A stretch of 64,000 bases of DNA from Moniliella sp. 'wahieum' (lineage: Eukaryota). The translations under genes were made by a program, and so were the position numbers. Numbering within the stretch: the first letter of the stretch is position 1; each line of letters opens with the position of its first letter. The DNA lies in assembly GCA_003971905.1 (NCBI GenBank), contig RSEE01000040.1:434001-498000 (forward strand), read 5' to 3'. Shown piece by piece: positions 50,651-64,000 of the stretch. The notes beneath the pieces are model-generated. The model worked only from the letters and a program-made list of their open reading frames with translations. It made no database searches and was not told the origin of the DNA.

Positions 50651-53600
50651 ATGCGTGGAGGAATGTGCGTCCCGCCACCGCGTCTAGTCTGCTTGGGCGC
50701 GATAGGACCCTTGCCCCTGATGCTTCCCTCTCCCTCTCCTACTCTACTGCTAGCGTGTTGCCCGGCTCCAACATCGACCGCGCCGCATTTTCTCGCATCA
50801 CGCCCTCCCAAATCCAGTTCTTCGACGACTGCATTGCCCGACTCCCCGCTGGCGCGGTGATCTCACTGCGATGAAGCAGGCATATGCGCTGCAATGTTCT
50901 GTCTCCCACATTGGGCGGGAGCAGGACGCCGCGCTGTGGGACATTCTGTTGCGCCTCATCGGCGTCCGCGGTGCCTCCTGGGCGAGCAAGTGGGCTGCTG
51001 TTCGTACTGTCCTGGAGACTGGTGTTGACAACGACCAGCAGCAGCATCTCTTCGATGGGGAGGGGACCCATCCCGCACTGCGCGCCGGGAGTGGCAGCAG
51101 CTCCACCTCGGCCGGTACCTCCCGTCCAGGCCCCCCACAGTCCTGGTCCCCAAGCAAGGCCACCCCCTTTCTTTCCCATTCGCTCGTACCCCTTGGTATA
51201 GGCACGAGTGCCCGGGCAAGGACGGCCCTGTCGGCGCTGCTGCCTCGCGACGAGGCCGAGCTGGCCACCTCTGAGGAGGCCTCTGAGGTCTCCGCCTCCT
51301 CCTCTGACCGCACCGCCCTGGATCCTCTCTACTGGGATGCGTCATCGGATACCAATGAGCGAGGAACAAGCACTCCGAAAGCCACGCACGTCCGGTTTGG
51401 TTCTGCTTCTACTGCAGTCATTGCTGGAAGAATGCCACACCATCCCATCCCGTCCCCCTCTCCCTTTCCCACCCGTCCCTCCTCCAGAAGACTACATCCA
51501 GACAGTCTTCCGCGTCCGACTGCCTCCCAACACGACTTCTCTCCCACGTCGGCCCCATCCCCAAACTTCATTTTCTAGCACTCTCTCCTCCTTTAGCACG
51601 CCTCCAGCCAGCACGGGTGGATGGAGAGAGCGAGCACGACAAAGAGCGGAAAACACACCACCTGCCTCCCCGTCTCGGCCAGCGGTCCCAGTGCACATAG
51701 GGCCGTATCCGTATGCGCCGCAGGCCCACCCCGCGTTCGGATGCAGTTGCCGAATCTGTCATCCGTCCTGACTGCTCCGTCCCCTCGACTTTGGCCCGTA
51801 CCCCCGCCCCGCCCTGCCAGGGCAAGTGGGAGCGCATTATTCGAGTGTCATCGCCGCTTCGCGAAAACAACGGCAGGAGCAGGAGGCTGCCTCGTCTGCT
51901 CGCTCCGCACTGCTGCAGGAAGAGAGGCAGCATGGCCTTCTTGTCGAGGCGGAGGCGATGGATCATCGCAGGTTGCTCAGGTTGGCATTGGACCAGTGGA
52001 TTGCGTGCCTTCGTACTCGCCACCAGCGCTTTACCCGAGTAGCGGAAACGAACGACGCCCATCTGCTCCGCAAGTGCCTCCGGCATTGGCGTGAACGGAA
52101 CAGCGATCTCGACCGCTGCGCAAGTTGGCCATCCAGTGGGATCAGAACCGTCCGCGGCACACTGCGTTCCGCACATGGGTACCCTCCTTTCGCACGCGGC
52201 GCGAGCGGGTGCACAAAGCGCGATCTCGTCTCCTCCGTGCGGCTTGGTCCACCGTGAAGGAGCAACACCAGATTCGGTTGGTCCAGGCCAGCTACTATCG
52301 TTGGAGGCATACCTACCTTCACGTCGTTCCCAATGCTTCCGTGATGCCCATCTGCTCCGCGGTGCGTTTGCGCTCTGGCACTTGAACGCCATGCAACACC
52401 ATACATCACAGGTTTTGGTGCTCCACGCCCAGGAGCATTGGCAACTGCGCGTCTTGAGGCAGACGTTTGTCACTTGGTTCACGGCCTCGACTCTGCGCCC
52501 GATTGAAACTCATCTCCAGCACCAACATAACCGTACTCTTCTCCACTCCACCTGGGACCGATGGCGGAAGAACTTGTATGTCCCCCTGCTCCCATCTGCT
52601 ATTGTGGCCCTGGTCGAACCACGCTGACCCCGCCCCTTCAGGGCACTGGCAACACTCGAACAGGCATGGGCTCCGCGCCGCGTCCAGGTCTGGGCTGTAC
52701 ATCGCCTGAAACAAGTCGCCATCGCTTCGCTGCAGCGGCGCAAACTCCAGCTCAAAGCCGACCGCAGGGCGGCACGAAAGGTAACCTTGGCGGTGCTTGA
52801 CCGCTGGCGCGCACGGCTGGCAGCCGTGAAGGAGCTTGAGCTGCTCCTCCCTCCCATCCAAGCCAGGCACGACTGGGGGGTGCTGCAACGCGCACTGCAC
52901 ATGTGGCGCTCCCGCTACCGTACTGTCCTCTACCTCCAGGCGCGCCAAGGACGGCTCCAAGCCAAGGTTTTGGCCCAGTGGCGTGATCTTCTGCAGGAAA
53001 AGCAGGTATGGTATGCCCACGCGTCCATCAGTTCGCCCGCGCAAGGCAGACGCACAGCGCAGCGCACCTCCTCGCTCGCTGGCGGGCCAAGCTGCACCGT
53101 ATCCAGGCAAGAGACGAGGCGGTGGAGCGGGCCGAGCAGCGCGGGTTGCTCCGTCGGGCGATGCAGCGGTGGCGGATCCGTGTACGCTTGCACCCGCCAG
53201 TGGCGAGAGAGCGCCGAGCGCATCGCTGCCACGCTGCTCTGTGCGACTGTGTTCCGTCGCTGGCGCGACCGGCTGAGCCAGGTACGGGTGCAGGCGTTTG
53301 TCGCCCAAAGCCAAGCCGCGGTGTTGCACACCACCTTCTCGACGTGGAGGAGCAACATGGTGCGGCGGCGCACCCACCGTGCCGTGTGCGACCACTTGGT
53401 GCAGCAACGGGAGCAGCAGATGCTGCGCGCGGTGTCCAGCGCTGGGCGGCCCAGACGACGGCAGTGCTTGAGCTGGAGCTGGATGCGTGGGAAGAGTACC
53501 AACTGCGGCTGGTGCACCGGGCCTGGGGCGCATGGCGCACCCTCTGGCTCGCTGCCCAGAGACGCGGTGCACTGCTGCGTGCTCTCGTGGCCGAGAAGCG

Positions 53601-54174
53601 CAGACGCACGCTGCGGCGCACCTTGACTGTGTGGGTGGATCGGGCGGTGGAGGCGCAGACGTGCAAGCGACTGCGCGCCGCGCACAACACGCGCCTCCTC
53701 GCGGCCGCCATGGAGCGCTGGTACGACCAGGCGCGCGAGGCGTCGCTGCGCGAGGCAGAGTACGAGGTGCTGCTCCGGCGCGGACGGGCGGTGCTGGCGT
53801 CGACGATGGCGGTGTGGTGCGCGCAGACGCCGGCGCTGGTCGCGATCCGAATGTGGCATACCCATGTGCGCGCTCGCGTACTTGACCGCTGGCTGGCGCA
53901 ACTGCCGCGCGCCCAGGCACGCAACCAAGCGCTGGACTGGGACCATGAACGCCTGCTTGCTGATGCGTTGCAGATCTGGCGCCACCGCAGCCGACAGCGC
54001 GCCTCCTTTCGTGCTGCCGCCCGCTTTGGCGCAGCTCCGCCCTCCGCCTCCGCGCCTTCGCTGCCCGTCAGCAGATCCTCTCGTCCCGCTTCGTCAGGCT
54101 GCGTCCAGCGGCCACGGTCACCGACCAGGCCCCGCTCCCAGGCCCCTCTTGCTGGCAGGCGACGCGGTCGATGA
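50651..54174 (+). CDS. SFI1: Sfi1-like spindle-pole-body centrin-binding repeat protein
   Basis: Many L...F/L..W repeats (AFALWH, QTFVTWF, STWDRWR, VLDRWR, ALHMWR, VFRRWR, AWGAWR, AMERWY, ALQIWR). N-terminal FFDDCIARLP..MKQAY..LLRL..RGASWASKW block. Start uncertain. Confidence 0.8.
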
Positions 54175-54292
54175 AGCGCTCAAGGCGGGCTGGAGCGACG
54201 AATTTGCATGGATTGTGCTTTCAACGTCAACTTCGGCAGTCCGAGCTACTACCTACCTACCCTTAGCTGCGTTCTGTGTACAACGTGCACCG

Positions 54293-54470
54293 CCAATCCA
54301 TTCCAATCCAATCCAGTACAGTGCAATGCAATGCAGTGCAATCCAATCCAATCCAATCCAATCCAATCCAATCCAATCCAATCCAATCCAATCCAATCCA
54401 ATCCAATCCAATCCAATCCAATCCAATCCAATCCAGTACAGTGCAATGCAGTGCAATCAAGTAAAGTCAA
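54293..54470. repeat. Compound pentanucleotide microsatellite (ATCCA)n
   Basis: About 19 perfect ATCCA units at 54341-54435, flanked on both sides by in-phase GTACA-GTGCA-ATGCA variants. Confidence 0.97.
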
Positions 54471-54499
54471 GTAGGATACACGGTAACAGCGATCATCGC

Positions 54500-55960
54500 T
54501 CGCGTCAGTAGGGACGCGACTTGCGCCCTGTCAGCGGCCGTGCTTGGCCCGACGGCGACGCGCCCAAGGATGCCTCGTGGTGATGCTCCCGCGTCTTGGC
54601 CGACGTGGGCGGACGCAGGGAAAAGGTGGAGGTGGGCAGAGTGGGAATGTCGCCGTATCCCTCGCTTTCCCCGTACCCCATCCTTCCAGTGAAGAGGTGA
54701 GCGTGGGAAGCGGAACCGGAGCCCGAACCCGAGCCCGAACCAAGCCGACGCTCCTCGTTCGACTCGGTCGAGTAGCATAGGAGGTGGAAGAGTCGCGCTT
54801 CTTGGGGGCATTGGGCGGCCGACGCGCGTTGGGCCGGGGCGAAGAGAGCATACCCATCTCCTCTTCGTCACGCGGGCGTTCGCCGCGTCGAGTGGAGCGC
54901 GGGCGGGATTGGGCAAGACGGTCAGAACCATCGCCATACCGGAACAACGGGTCGGCCTGCTCGGCTTCGTTCCGCCCCATACTCTGTGGCACAACCAACA
55001 TCTTGCCCCTTCCCGCCGGCAACAAACTGCCCCGGTTCGCATCGTACAGCGTAGCACCATGGACGACCTTAAAGTCCTCATCATCTTCCATACCATCGTC
55101 CTCGTACGAGTCGGAGCCGTGTGAGTCATAGAGCAAATGGTCCTTCTCTTCCTGTGCTGGCGTACGAGTGGAGCGCAGCGAGCCCGGCCGGGCAGGGCGG
55201 CGATGGGCGGAAGAGCGGTCATTCATCGGGTAGGCATCGCCCTCGGTGTTCACAAAGCCATATACGCCCAAATCAGTCTCGTTGAGCTGCCGTGCCGTGG
55301 TTTGGCGAGCGGCAGCGGAAACGGGCGGGCTGGCAACGCGACAGACAACTTGTCCTTTTTGCGGCGTTTTTGTGAGTGCGAGGTACCCGGCATAGGGCGG
55401 GGATAAACGCGTTGAACGAGCTCCAACGACCCGCCCGCTTGCCGCGCCCACGTCGACGCCAGCACATCCACCCAGCTAGCAATGCCAGCATGAGTACCAC
55501 CACCACAGGAACCACAACCGAGGGAGCAACGACGCTGGACTTGGGTTGGGCCTCGCCGGGCCTCTGTTTGGCTACGTTGGCGGGCAGGGGACGGGTTGGG
55601 TGATGTCGCTGTATTTGTAACAGTCGCCATTGCCTTTGGCGGGGGGTAGATGTTAAAGAGAGAGGTGGTGGCGTTCTTCCCGGACTGGTCGTCGTGAATG
55701 AAGAGACGGTACTGGCCCGGGGGCACATTGCGCGCCAGTCGAGGGCGGTACTCGGTGCCGTGGCCGAGGTGATGATCTGCACCTGGCGCTGCTCGTGAGG
55801 TTGACTAGGTTGGAATTGTCCGAGGCCGCAAAAATCTTGATGAGGAGCATGTCTTCGTCGCCAGGGTGGCCTTCGTAGCCCCATCGGATCGTGGTGGAGT
55901 CGCATGCAGCGACATCGGAGAGGGGCTTGACGAAGAGATCAGTGACCGGGTGGAGCTCAT
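54500..55960 (-). CDS. Hypothetical single-pass membrane protein
   Basis: Beta-rich N-terminal part (PGQYRLFIHDD..TSLFNIYP), Thr/Ser linker, TM VVVPVVVVLMLALLAGWMCW-RRR, disordered cytoplasmic tail; frameshifted. Confidence 0.6.
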
Positions 55961-57424
55961 GGCGGTGGTGGTGGCAGCGATGGAGGCGCGCTGGCCGGCG
56001 CCGGCATGCCCCGTGTGCGAAGGCGGGGAGGCGAGCAGCCCAACCCTAGCCCACGTGGTGGGCGCCGCCGTGCGGGGCCGTGCCGATCCCTCGCCGTAGG
56101 CACAGCGCCAGTGTCGCTCTTCTGCCCCGCACTTGGCGGGTGACGCGTGACACGTGACGGGCGCTAGTCACCGGTCCCTGGCCACCGGCTCCACGCCTGA
56201 AGTGTGATCTTGAAATCTCAACCAGTACCCAGTATAACGCGGTACCCCCACCAAGTACACCCCGTGCGTGGTACGTCCGCTCCCAGCAACTCCTGCACAT
56301 GATGGTCGAGGCGCCGCACCCATTTGCCGAGCGCCCGACATCCCACCCAGGTACCCACAGCGCTAACCGGCCCCCGTCCATGCAAACGAAACGTGTAAGG
56401 TGCTCTCATTGGCGGATCTGCATTACAGTCTCTCGCGGCATGCTTGTCACGGCGCAGATTCTACCCACACAGTGGATGAACAGGACGAGCACATTGCGGA
56501 GAAAGAATAATGGCTCTGCATGGAAGAGCCTGACTCTTTGGTGTTCTCTCGGGTGGCCACAGCACAGTCCCCAGTCTACCTCCTGGGACGAAGGCAGCAC
56601 TGGTATATGCGCATCCTCCCCCGCTCAGCACTCATTTGGTCAAAATCCGTCATTAGACCATACTCACAGGCAGGCTTCTTGACCAACTCTGAACTCCAGT
56701 TGCTGTACGACACCACAGCTTCCGTACAACACGACGTTCGCCGGTCCCACAGCTCTGGAAGACGGTTTGCCGTTGTTTAGCAGTGCAAACTACCATCTTC
56801 CTCTACTCTGAGTGTCGATCTCACCCACTTCGTGTTACTGCTTTATGGATACGGGGGCGTACGTGCCCCCCAAAAAGAAAGACAACTGCTGCGTGGATGC
56901 CGTCTGGGATGAGCGCATCCCCTCGAGATGCCAAAGGGCCACCATCAGCTACTGTATATAGCGACATCCACTCGTCCCAGGTCCAGTGGTTTGACTACCT
57001 CTGCTGCACCTTTCAGCCCATTCCACGTCCTTATGAGCTCGAAACGAGTGTCGACTGCCTCCGCTCTGGTAGGCGGAGTCGCCCGTTGGACGCGGTCCGG
57101 GCAGAGATGGTCAAGCAGCCCCCGTTTTCTTGCAGCGCATCCCTTCCCCCGAGGCTGTCAACGATACCCTAGCGGGTGCTGTGTGAGATGTGAAATCGAT
57201 GGGAGCTGGATTCGATGTTCGACGTTTGCTGCGGATGGTCTCACGTCGTAGCACGCCGCAGACGGGCATCACAGGCACATCACCCCCCGTCCTGAATCGA
57301 CCCGCGTCCGATCGGTGCAATGCCCTGCACCACTTTTTCACTGCCGTCGCTCCACACCACGTGGCAGGGGCCCAGCGGCTGACGCCCGACATCTTGCCTC
57401 CCCTCCACCACCGCACCTACCAGC

Positions 57425-57707
57425 ATGGGCGGCGGCAACGGAGCCAAAGCAGCGCAGAAGCGCGAACGCAACGCCAAGGCCGCAGCCAAGAAGGGCCCCA
57501 CCTCCAACCTCAAGGCGAACGAGAAGGCGCTCACCATCCAGTGCATGACCTGCCGCCAAACCTTCCTCCAGACCACCAAGGCGCCTGCGCTTACCGTCCA
57601 TGCCGAGGACAAGCACAAGAAAGTACGTCATCCCGGCAATGGCCGACTGCGCTAACTTTTTACCCTCTCAGACGCTCAAGGAGTGCTTCCCCACATTCGT
57701 GGAGTAA
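57425..57707 (+). CDS. Small 4F5/ZNF706-like zinc-binding protein
   Basis: MGGGNGAKAAQKRERN..SNLKANEKALTIQCMTCRQTF..L..HAEDKHKK / TLKECFP. Clean intron at 57623-57671. Confidence 0.9.
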
Positions 57708-58812
57708 ACCGAAGGTACCCCGAAGGTGCTGTACCATGGCGCGCCCCCCTTCCGCCTCTTTATCTGCCCTCCCCCCTTTCCCTGACAGTCTGGCCTGGCC
57801 TCTCCGCCCCCGACCAGATTGTCGTCCTCCCTCTCTTGTTGTCGCTCACGGGCCAAGGAGCCATGCTGTAAGCATGCGTCTTCCATCCAGTCAGATCGGG
57901 TCATACTCATAGCCGGCTAGTGATTCTGTTCTCATCGACCGCGGCCGCTCGAGGTAAAAGCATTCCTTATTAGCGCTCGGAGGCAAGGCACGCACCTGAA
58001 CCACGCAGGCTATACTGGTATTGACTACTGGCACAACTGAACGGTTTCATGATTCTGCGTTGCTTATACTCTGGATCTGATGGCTGGACACGCGACCGTG
58101 ACGGTTCGGTTACTTTTGTTGAACCTTGACCGCCACCTAAACGTCTCTCGTTGGCACTGCCACAGTCACATGCCATCCCATCACAGAGAAGGCAAAATCG
58201 CAAAGCAAAAGAACCTTGGGGGGGAGTAAGAGAAGAGATACTCTTTCGTAAGAGAACTGGCGGAGCGGTTGGAGGCGAAATGCAAACTAAGGGAGGCGGA
58301 GGAGGCAGAGTAGGGGGAAGGGCTGGAGTATAACATTTTCAATTCATCTCAAAACCGAGGAAGCGCAGGACCGATACCTATAACGCTGCGATAGACGGAG
58401 ATGGGCCTTCTCCTATATGAGGAGAGTCACCACCTATATGGCCTCAGACTCGTCGCTGTTCGATACAAGACCGCCGCGAAGGCACCGGTTCGGTCGCGGC
58501 GCAGACAGCAACGCCCTCTCATGCCGAGGCACCCGCTCGGTCCGGCGCAGACCTCCAAGCCCTCCAAGAGGCATAAGCCCTTCCACACGGTGAACGCCAT
58601 CCTCACCTAGAGCTTGCTGCCGCCGGCCAGCGCCTTGCCCTCCTGTAGCCCACAGCTACCTTTCCTCTCCCAGGGAGAAGGGGGTCGACCGTTTCTCTAC
58701 CAGCGTAGTAGACGTTTCAGTCGGGCTGCACATTGGTTCTTCAACAATTTATGGCCTTGCCCTTGACAAGAATCGCCCTATATGCTCCTTCCCCCCTACC
58801 GACACTCGCTCC

Positions 58813-58903
58813 CATGGTGGGCTGTCTGCGCGCATGGTGGGGATGGCCGCCTGCATGGTGGGAGTGTTCGCCCGCATGGTGGGAGTGTTCGCCCGCATGG
58901 GGG
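58813..58903. repeat. 21-bp tandem repeat, about 4 units
   Basis: CATGGTGGGAGTGTTCGCCCG perfect twice (58854-58895) with diverged flanking units. Confidence 0.85.
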
Positions 58904-59340
58904 CGCTGCCCAGCATTCGTCTACTTTGGCCAAGATCATCTTCCCACTCACCCATTCTTGCCGGCGGCTCATCGTCCGGAAGGAAGAGCAATGGTTACAT
59001 GGCCTTTCCCTTTCAACTGGCTTACACGCCGGCGTGCTGCCTTAATTCCCGCTCCCGCGCATACAGGCCCACGCCGCCTTGAGCCAGCAATCACGCTCGG
59101 TGTACGCCTCTCGTCAACAAGGCCACCATCTCACGCTCTTCCCACCGTCCACCTGAGGTGACCCTTCCTTGAGGATAAGGGAGCCCGTCATTGAAGAAGG
59201 TGTTTACTATCTCGGCGGCCTGCATCCTAAATCCTACATCCACGCTTCTTCCACACGAGACTGGTGGGGCTGTTCGACCACGGCACCTCTGCCATGTGCC
59301 CGTTCTTCATCGCCTCATCCGCATCCGTCGTGGTGGGGGC

Positions 59341-59968
59341 TGTTGGGGCGATGCCCCATCAAGCCATTCTGCGTGATAGGCATCACCCCTCTTTTGTCCG
59401 GAAGCTCCCTCTGCTCAGCGATACCCTCGGCTGTAGAAAGCCCTACCCTTCTCACACCCTCCTGTATCTCTCCTCAGATCCTCAAAACCACATATTCCAT
59501 TATCCTCCCTCCTTCAGCACGGGACGCACTGCCCCGATGCATGTGTGTACCTGGCCACGTCCGACTAAAGGTCGATGGGCTCGGGGCTGCTGGTGACCGA
59601 CAGCTCTTCCTCAGTGGTACTTGACATGAATCTCACAAATTTCCGACTCAATACGGCAGTGCAGTTCCTTTATTTGAGCCTCGATGCTTCTAAGCAATAC
59701 CGACCTTCCTGCTCTCAGCATCCCTTCCTAACTTTGGACCGATAGAAAGGGTCCAACTTGCCCAGTATGATCATATATCCATTGAACGACCTTCCCGTGT
59801 CGAACCATTTTGAGCAGAAGGGGGGGATAGCGCGGTAGCGGGGGGCGGGGGCTGGGAGCGCGCGTACAGTACCACGAAGGCACGGCAATGCAGAGGGAGC
59901 GTCCGGACGGATAAAGTAACGATGATGCCTATCACGCAGAATGGCGTTATCGGGGTCCTGCCCCAACA
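59341..59968. repeat. Imperfect inverted repeat pair (59341-59414 and 59890-59968)
   Basis: 23-bp perfect core GCCATTCTGCGTGATAGGCATCA (59363-59385) with its reverse complement at 59923-59945; flanks also align. Confidence 0.9.
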
Positions 59969-60779
59969 CTATCGTTTTCACGAATCCACAGTCTTGCACC
60001 CATATTCACTAATAGCCATCATATTCGTGCTCGCTCCGTTTTTGATGGGCTTCTGTTAGTGAAGGTTCATGAGGATTGAAGGCACCAAGGATCCCATTCT
60101 CCAGGATCTCGACAGCACAAGTGGTCATGCCTGGTTCTCAGTGGCCCTCTTGGATCCAATGTGGGAAGAATAAGATTCAACGTTCAACGCTGGATAGAAT
60201 CGCCATCGAACCGCCCGGTCCCGATCAGCATTACCAGGCGAGAAGTTATACGAGACGCGCAACTCTATACTAACCAGTTCCGGTGCCCGCGACATACGGC
60301 CGACGATCAAGCCATCATACATCACACACATCATGCATCACACATCACATGTCACATCACACCAAATGGTGTCACATGTCACATGCCACCACACTCCAAC
60401 AGCAGTGCTGACTCCTTCCAACCTGGACATGCTTCGAGTTGCAGAACACGTGCATTTGACCATTCCATTCAAGACGTTTTGTCCTACACGGTTGGTCTGG
60501 TGAACTAGGGGCGCCCGCACCACCAAATAAGTAAAGAAGAGATATTGATGAAAACACACAAAATGTGGCTAATACACTGAAGTGTGTGTGTCTACCGATC
60601 CCACACTGTAGCAGACGGTTCGCATAGAAGAAAAGGGTGGCCGCCTCGCAAAAACTGGGAGGGAAGAGAAGCTGGAGCCCTGTATCCAAAATCCCTCCAG
60701 TACGCAGACAGAGTTGAAGACGGAGTACGAGCAATTCACTCTTTGTGGCCGCCAGAAAACAAAGGAAGGTTGAAGCGAA

Positions 60780-62304
60780 ACGCTTAGGTCTGTTGGTCTT
60801 GTTGACGTGGGGGCCGAAACCAATGTTGGCGAAGGTGCCAGCCTGGTTACCCAGACGCTGAAGCGATCCGATGATGTCAAAGCCCAGGATGCCGTCCAAG
60901 GCCAGGGTTCCGGCGTTCAAGAGAGACGGAGTGGGCTCGCCACATGGGAGGGGGCTGAGGGTGTGGCCGTTGAGGCTGAACACCTCCAAAACGAAACGCA
61001 TCGCATTGAGGTCACCACCAATAACAAGTTGAGGAGCTGTGGGCGTTGGCAGTGTAAACGTTGAACTGAATGTTAGCACCGTTTGGCACTGTTGCTTCAC
61101 GTACTCGTTAACAGCGTCAAAGCTGATCACATCATCGGCCGATCCGTGGTAGATCATGCGAGGGAACTTGGGGTAGCCAACACCAACCGAAGACTTGTTA
61201 TTCCAGAGCGTCTCACGGTCCAGGACGGTGCGGAACGGCTCCCAGTCGTAGACACTGCCACCACCGGCACCTGGATCATGTTGAGGTAGGACTTGCCGGA
61301 GTACTGAGGACCACGGAGGTGGAGTGGCAAGTAGGGGGTTGGTAATGGTCGACAAGTCTGCACGAATCGATCCACCGCCGTACTGCTCAATGGCTTCCTT
61401 GAACGACTTGTAAGCAACGATCATACCGTGGATACCGCCAATGGTGAAACCAGAGAAAGAGGAGCCGTCAAAGTGCTTCAGGGTAAGCTCCATGTCAATG
61501 GGGGGCCACCGTGGGTGACACCAACAATGTTGAGCTCGGGAGCGTAGCTGGGAGCCAAGTTAGCCGCCCATGCAGTGACGTGAGCGCCCTCGAATAACCC
61601 GTCATGGCAACCTGGGCGTCGGGGGCCCAGTTAAGTGCCTTGCGGACAGCGCGCGCAGAGTCGAGAATGATGTAACCCGCAGTGAAACCAGAGAACAGCG
61701 CCGACTTGGGTCCCTCATAATCCGGAACCACCACGCTGATGCCGTTGCTCAGCAAAAAGTCAAACCATATGGGCACATCGTCACCTGTGTGTTGCGCAAT
61801 CAGTCAGTCGTAGTCCATGGGTCGACCATAGTTGTCGATCACAACTAACGTACCGACAACCATAACGTTGGGGGCAGTGGGGCCCTTCAAACAGTGTAGG
61901 AGGGCGCGCAGTCGCGTTGAGTCGAGTCCTCCCACAAGTGGTAGGAAAGCATCTTTTGCTTGCCTCCAGTAGCGGGTTGAATCACAGTGGTGACAGACGA
62001 GGAGGGGTGACCAGCCGAGTTGGTGGTGCGGAAATGGATCTGGTAAGATTGCCCACATCGACAAGACCAGTCATGGCAGGCTTGATTTCGCGCATCTCAA
62101 TGATGTCACCAGGCTTGTAGTGGCTCAAGTTGTGAGGAGCCCGGTAGAAAGGATCCTGGAGAGGAGGAGGGAAGTCCCGAGCGAACACCTGGTGCCGGTT
62201 AGCCCGAGACAACCCACGACGGTTCGAGGCGGCGTCGACACCGTTGGTGAGAGCCGCCAAGATCGTGGCCACCCCCACAACGGAGAGGAGAAGGTAAACT
62301 TCAT
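60780..62304 (-). CDS. Secretory lipase (LIP family, alpha/beta hydrolase)
   Basis: Signal-peptide-like N-terminus, PPLQDPFY, LSYHLWEDS..DCAPSY, VVVPDYEGP, LDSARA, nucleophile region GYS(G)GAH..WAA..APSYAPELNIVG, PKFPRMIYHGSADDVI. 3' end uncertain. Confidence 0.88.
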
Positions 62305-63337
62305 GTTGAGAGAAAGAGCGTGGGTGTAGCGAGGGAAAGAGGGTGAATGGAGGGTGGTGGGGGTGGGTGAGAGGAGGGAAGAGGAGGGAGGGGGGAAGGA
62401 GGAAGTGTTCGTGGGTGAAATCAAAATGGTCGGGGTTTGTGTGCCAGTCATATTTATCTGTATCCGGAAATCACAATACAAACCCTCTGTCGAGGTACGG
62501 AGTAATAGGCACAAATATGGGTGGATTGTGTACAAGAGGAACACGGAAGGTGGGATGCCCCACATTCTTGATTCGCTGGAAGCTCTGGCCCTATGAATCG
62601 ATCGCTTTCCCCCATCATACATCACCGGTCGGCATGTGATCAGGCTGCACGGGGAGTGTGTCCATGGTGTGCTTATAGTCGCCAAAGATCGGCACCACTA
62701 AGTACTAATACCACTGTGGCTGTGCCAAACTGCTGAACTGTGAGTACTCAGACTGCGTGCTGAGTAGTACGGAACGTCACATATGCGTACCTGCCTTCCT
62801 CCCAGCGCTCTGCAGGCCAATCTTCAAGCTTCCAGTTTCAGAGCTTCATCTAGGATCATCGATTGTTATACGTGGTGGGGCCCAGAGCTCTCCTTGGGGG
62901 ACCGGCAAGAGTTGCCTCGGTGTTCGGGTTCGATTGCTCGGCGAATAAGACGGTTGTCCCCATGATGATCTGCATATGATCGCCGAGAGCCACCACAAAA
63001 AATGCCCACAACGGTGTATCTGCGGTTTCGGGAGCCCAGCGTCGCTTTTGAGAGAAACCCCATATGGTTCCGTGTGACACGAAGCTTTCAGAACTTGTAC
63101 CGCACTGCAGAGCTCGCATTTGCCCCCACCCGACGGATAGATTGAAGCGGACAGGGAATAGGCCAGCTATGGCATGCAAATGTGGGTAAAGCGTTGACAT
63201 AGTACACGCTGCCGCCACCTTGTCTCTGCGGATGCCTGATCCGGGAAATTGGTTGTTGCGTATAACAAGCAGTAGACGGTGTCCACAACAGCTGGTATTA
63301 CGCTTTCAGCTTTCGGCACCATGGCATCGGGCAGAAT

Positions 63338-63417
63338 AGCATAGCCTAGCCTAGCATCGAATAGCATAGGATGCCATAGGATAGCAATGGATACCATAGC
63401 ATAGCATAGAATAGCAG
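63338..63417. repeat. Degenerate (TAGCA)n pentamer tract
   Basis: TAGCA/TAGCC/TAGGA/TAGAA units in 5-bp phase. Confidence 0.8.
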
Positions 63418-64000
63418 GGGATGTCTAAGGTGCGGCATGGGATACTATTGCACAGCATCGCTTGCGTGATATGACCGGTAAGCGTAAGCGCAAGCGAAAC
63501 CCCACAAAGACTCAAACACCAAGGGAAGAAAAGGCACTATCGACGATCCCCAGGCGTACACACTGAAGTATAGGCTCAACCACTTCGTGAGCACTGAGTA
63601 CGGAGCGCTAATAAGCGGAAGCGCAGATTTCCCTAATAAGCGAAGCAAGTATTAAGTGCAGACTGATGTGTGGGTTCTCTAAGCAAACGAACCAGAGCTG
63701 TACAAGTAGCTTTGAGTTTGAGCGCCTAGCGCCTCGCACCTATCGTATTGTGTCACCATAATGTCAACTCGCCAAGCGCGCCCGAGGGTGTGTGTACTAG
63801 ATCATTAACTAGCTTAACTAGATTAGATCGTCTTCGCCCACAGCATCGTCGCGGCGTGAGCGTGACGTGGGACTGTCGGGCGTGGCCCGAGACCGCGGGT
63901 GGCCTCGTCTGATTGCCCCGCATTTTGCGCGTGACGCGCAAAAGCGCAATTCAGCACCAGCCCACAGTCGACGTGCGTTGGCATGGACCTGTGGTGCCCC

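Noticed and set aside
54208..54511. ORFs with QSNPI or LDWIG repeats
   Set aside because: Translations of the (ATCCA)n microsatellite
58813..58903. CRISPR-like array
   Set aside because: Contiguous tandem units without unique spacers, in eukaryotic context, with no cas genes

Overview
GC-rich, intron-poor fungal genomic DNA, probably a basidiomycete yeast. Single-base indels break nearly every gene, which is most likely long-read error, so CDS coordinates are approximate gene spans stitched across frames. Recognisable genes: an HMG-box TF, V-ATPase subunit A (VMA1, no intein), a Tbf1/TRF-like telobox Myb protein, DNM1, an Ebp1/Cdb4-like protein, NOG1, Ran, ILV3, an Opy2-like anchor, a CENP-U/Ame1-like AT-hook protein, a RING ligase whose RING is split by about 335 aa, an intron-containing tRNA-Ala(UGC), UGO1, SFI1, a small 4F5/ZNF706-like zinc protein and a secretory LIP lipase. 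There is also a 5'-truncated CRE/Cnl1-like RLE non-LTR retrotransposon and three relics of normally single-copy genes (CENP-C/MIF2, an orphan HBS1 3' fragment, LEU1). The most unusual signal is non-coding. Intergenic DNA carries many islands with one grammar, TNAxy + revcomp(xy) + TNAxy: a 5-bp duplication joined by two palindromic bases, period 7. At least 12 different 5-mers are used. The same +7 event sits inside the LEU1 pseudogene, where the ancestral codons can be inferred. This points to a recurrent hairpin-type (P-nucleotide) footprint or mutational process. That mechanism is an inference, and no responsible enzyme is encoded in this window.
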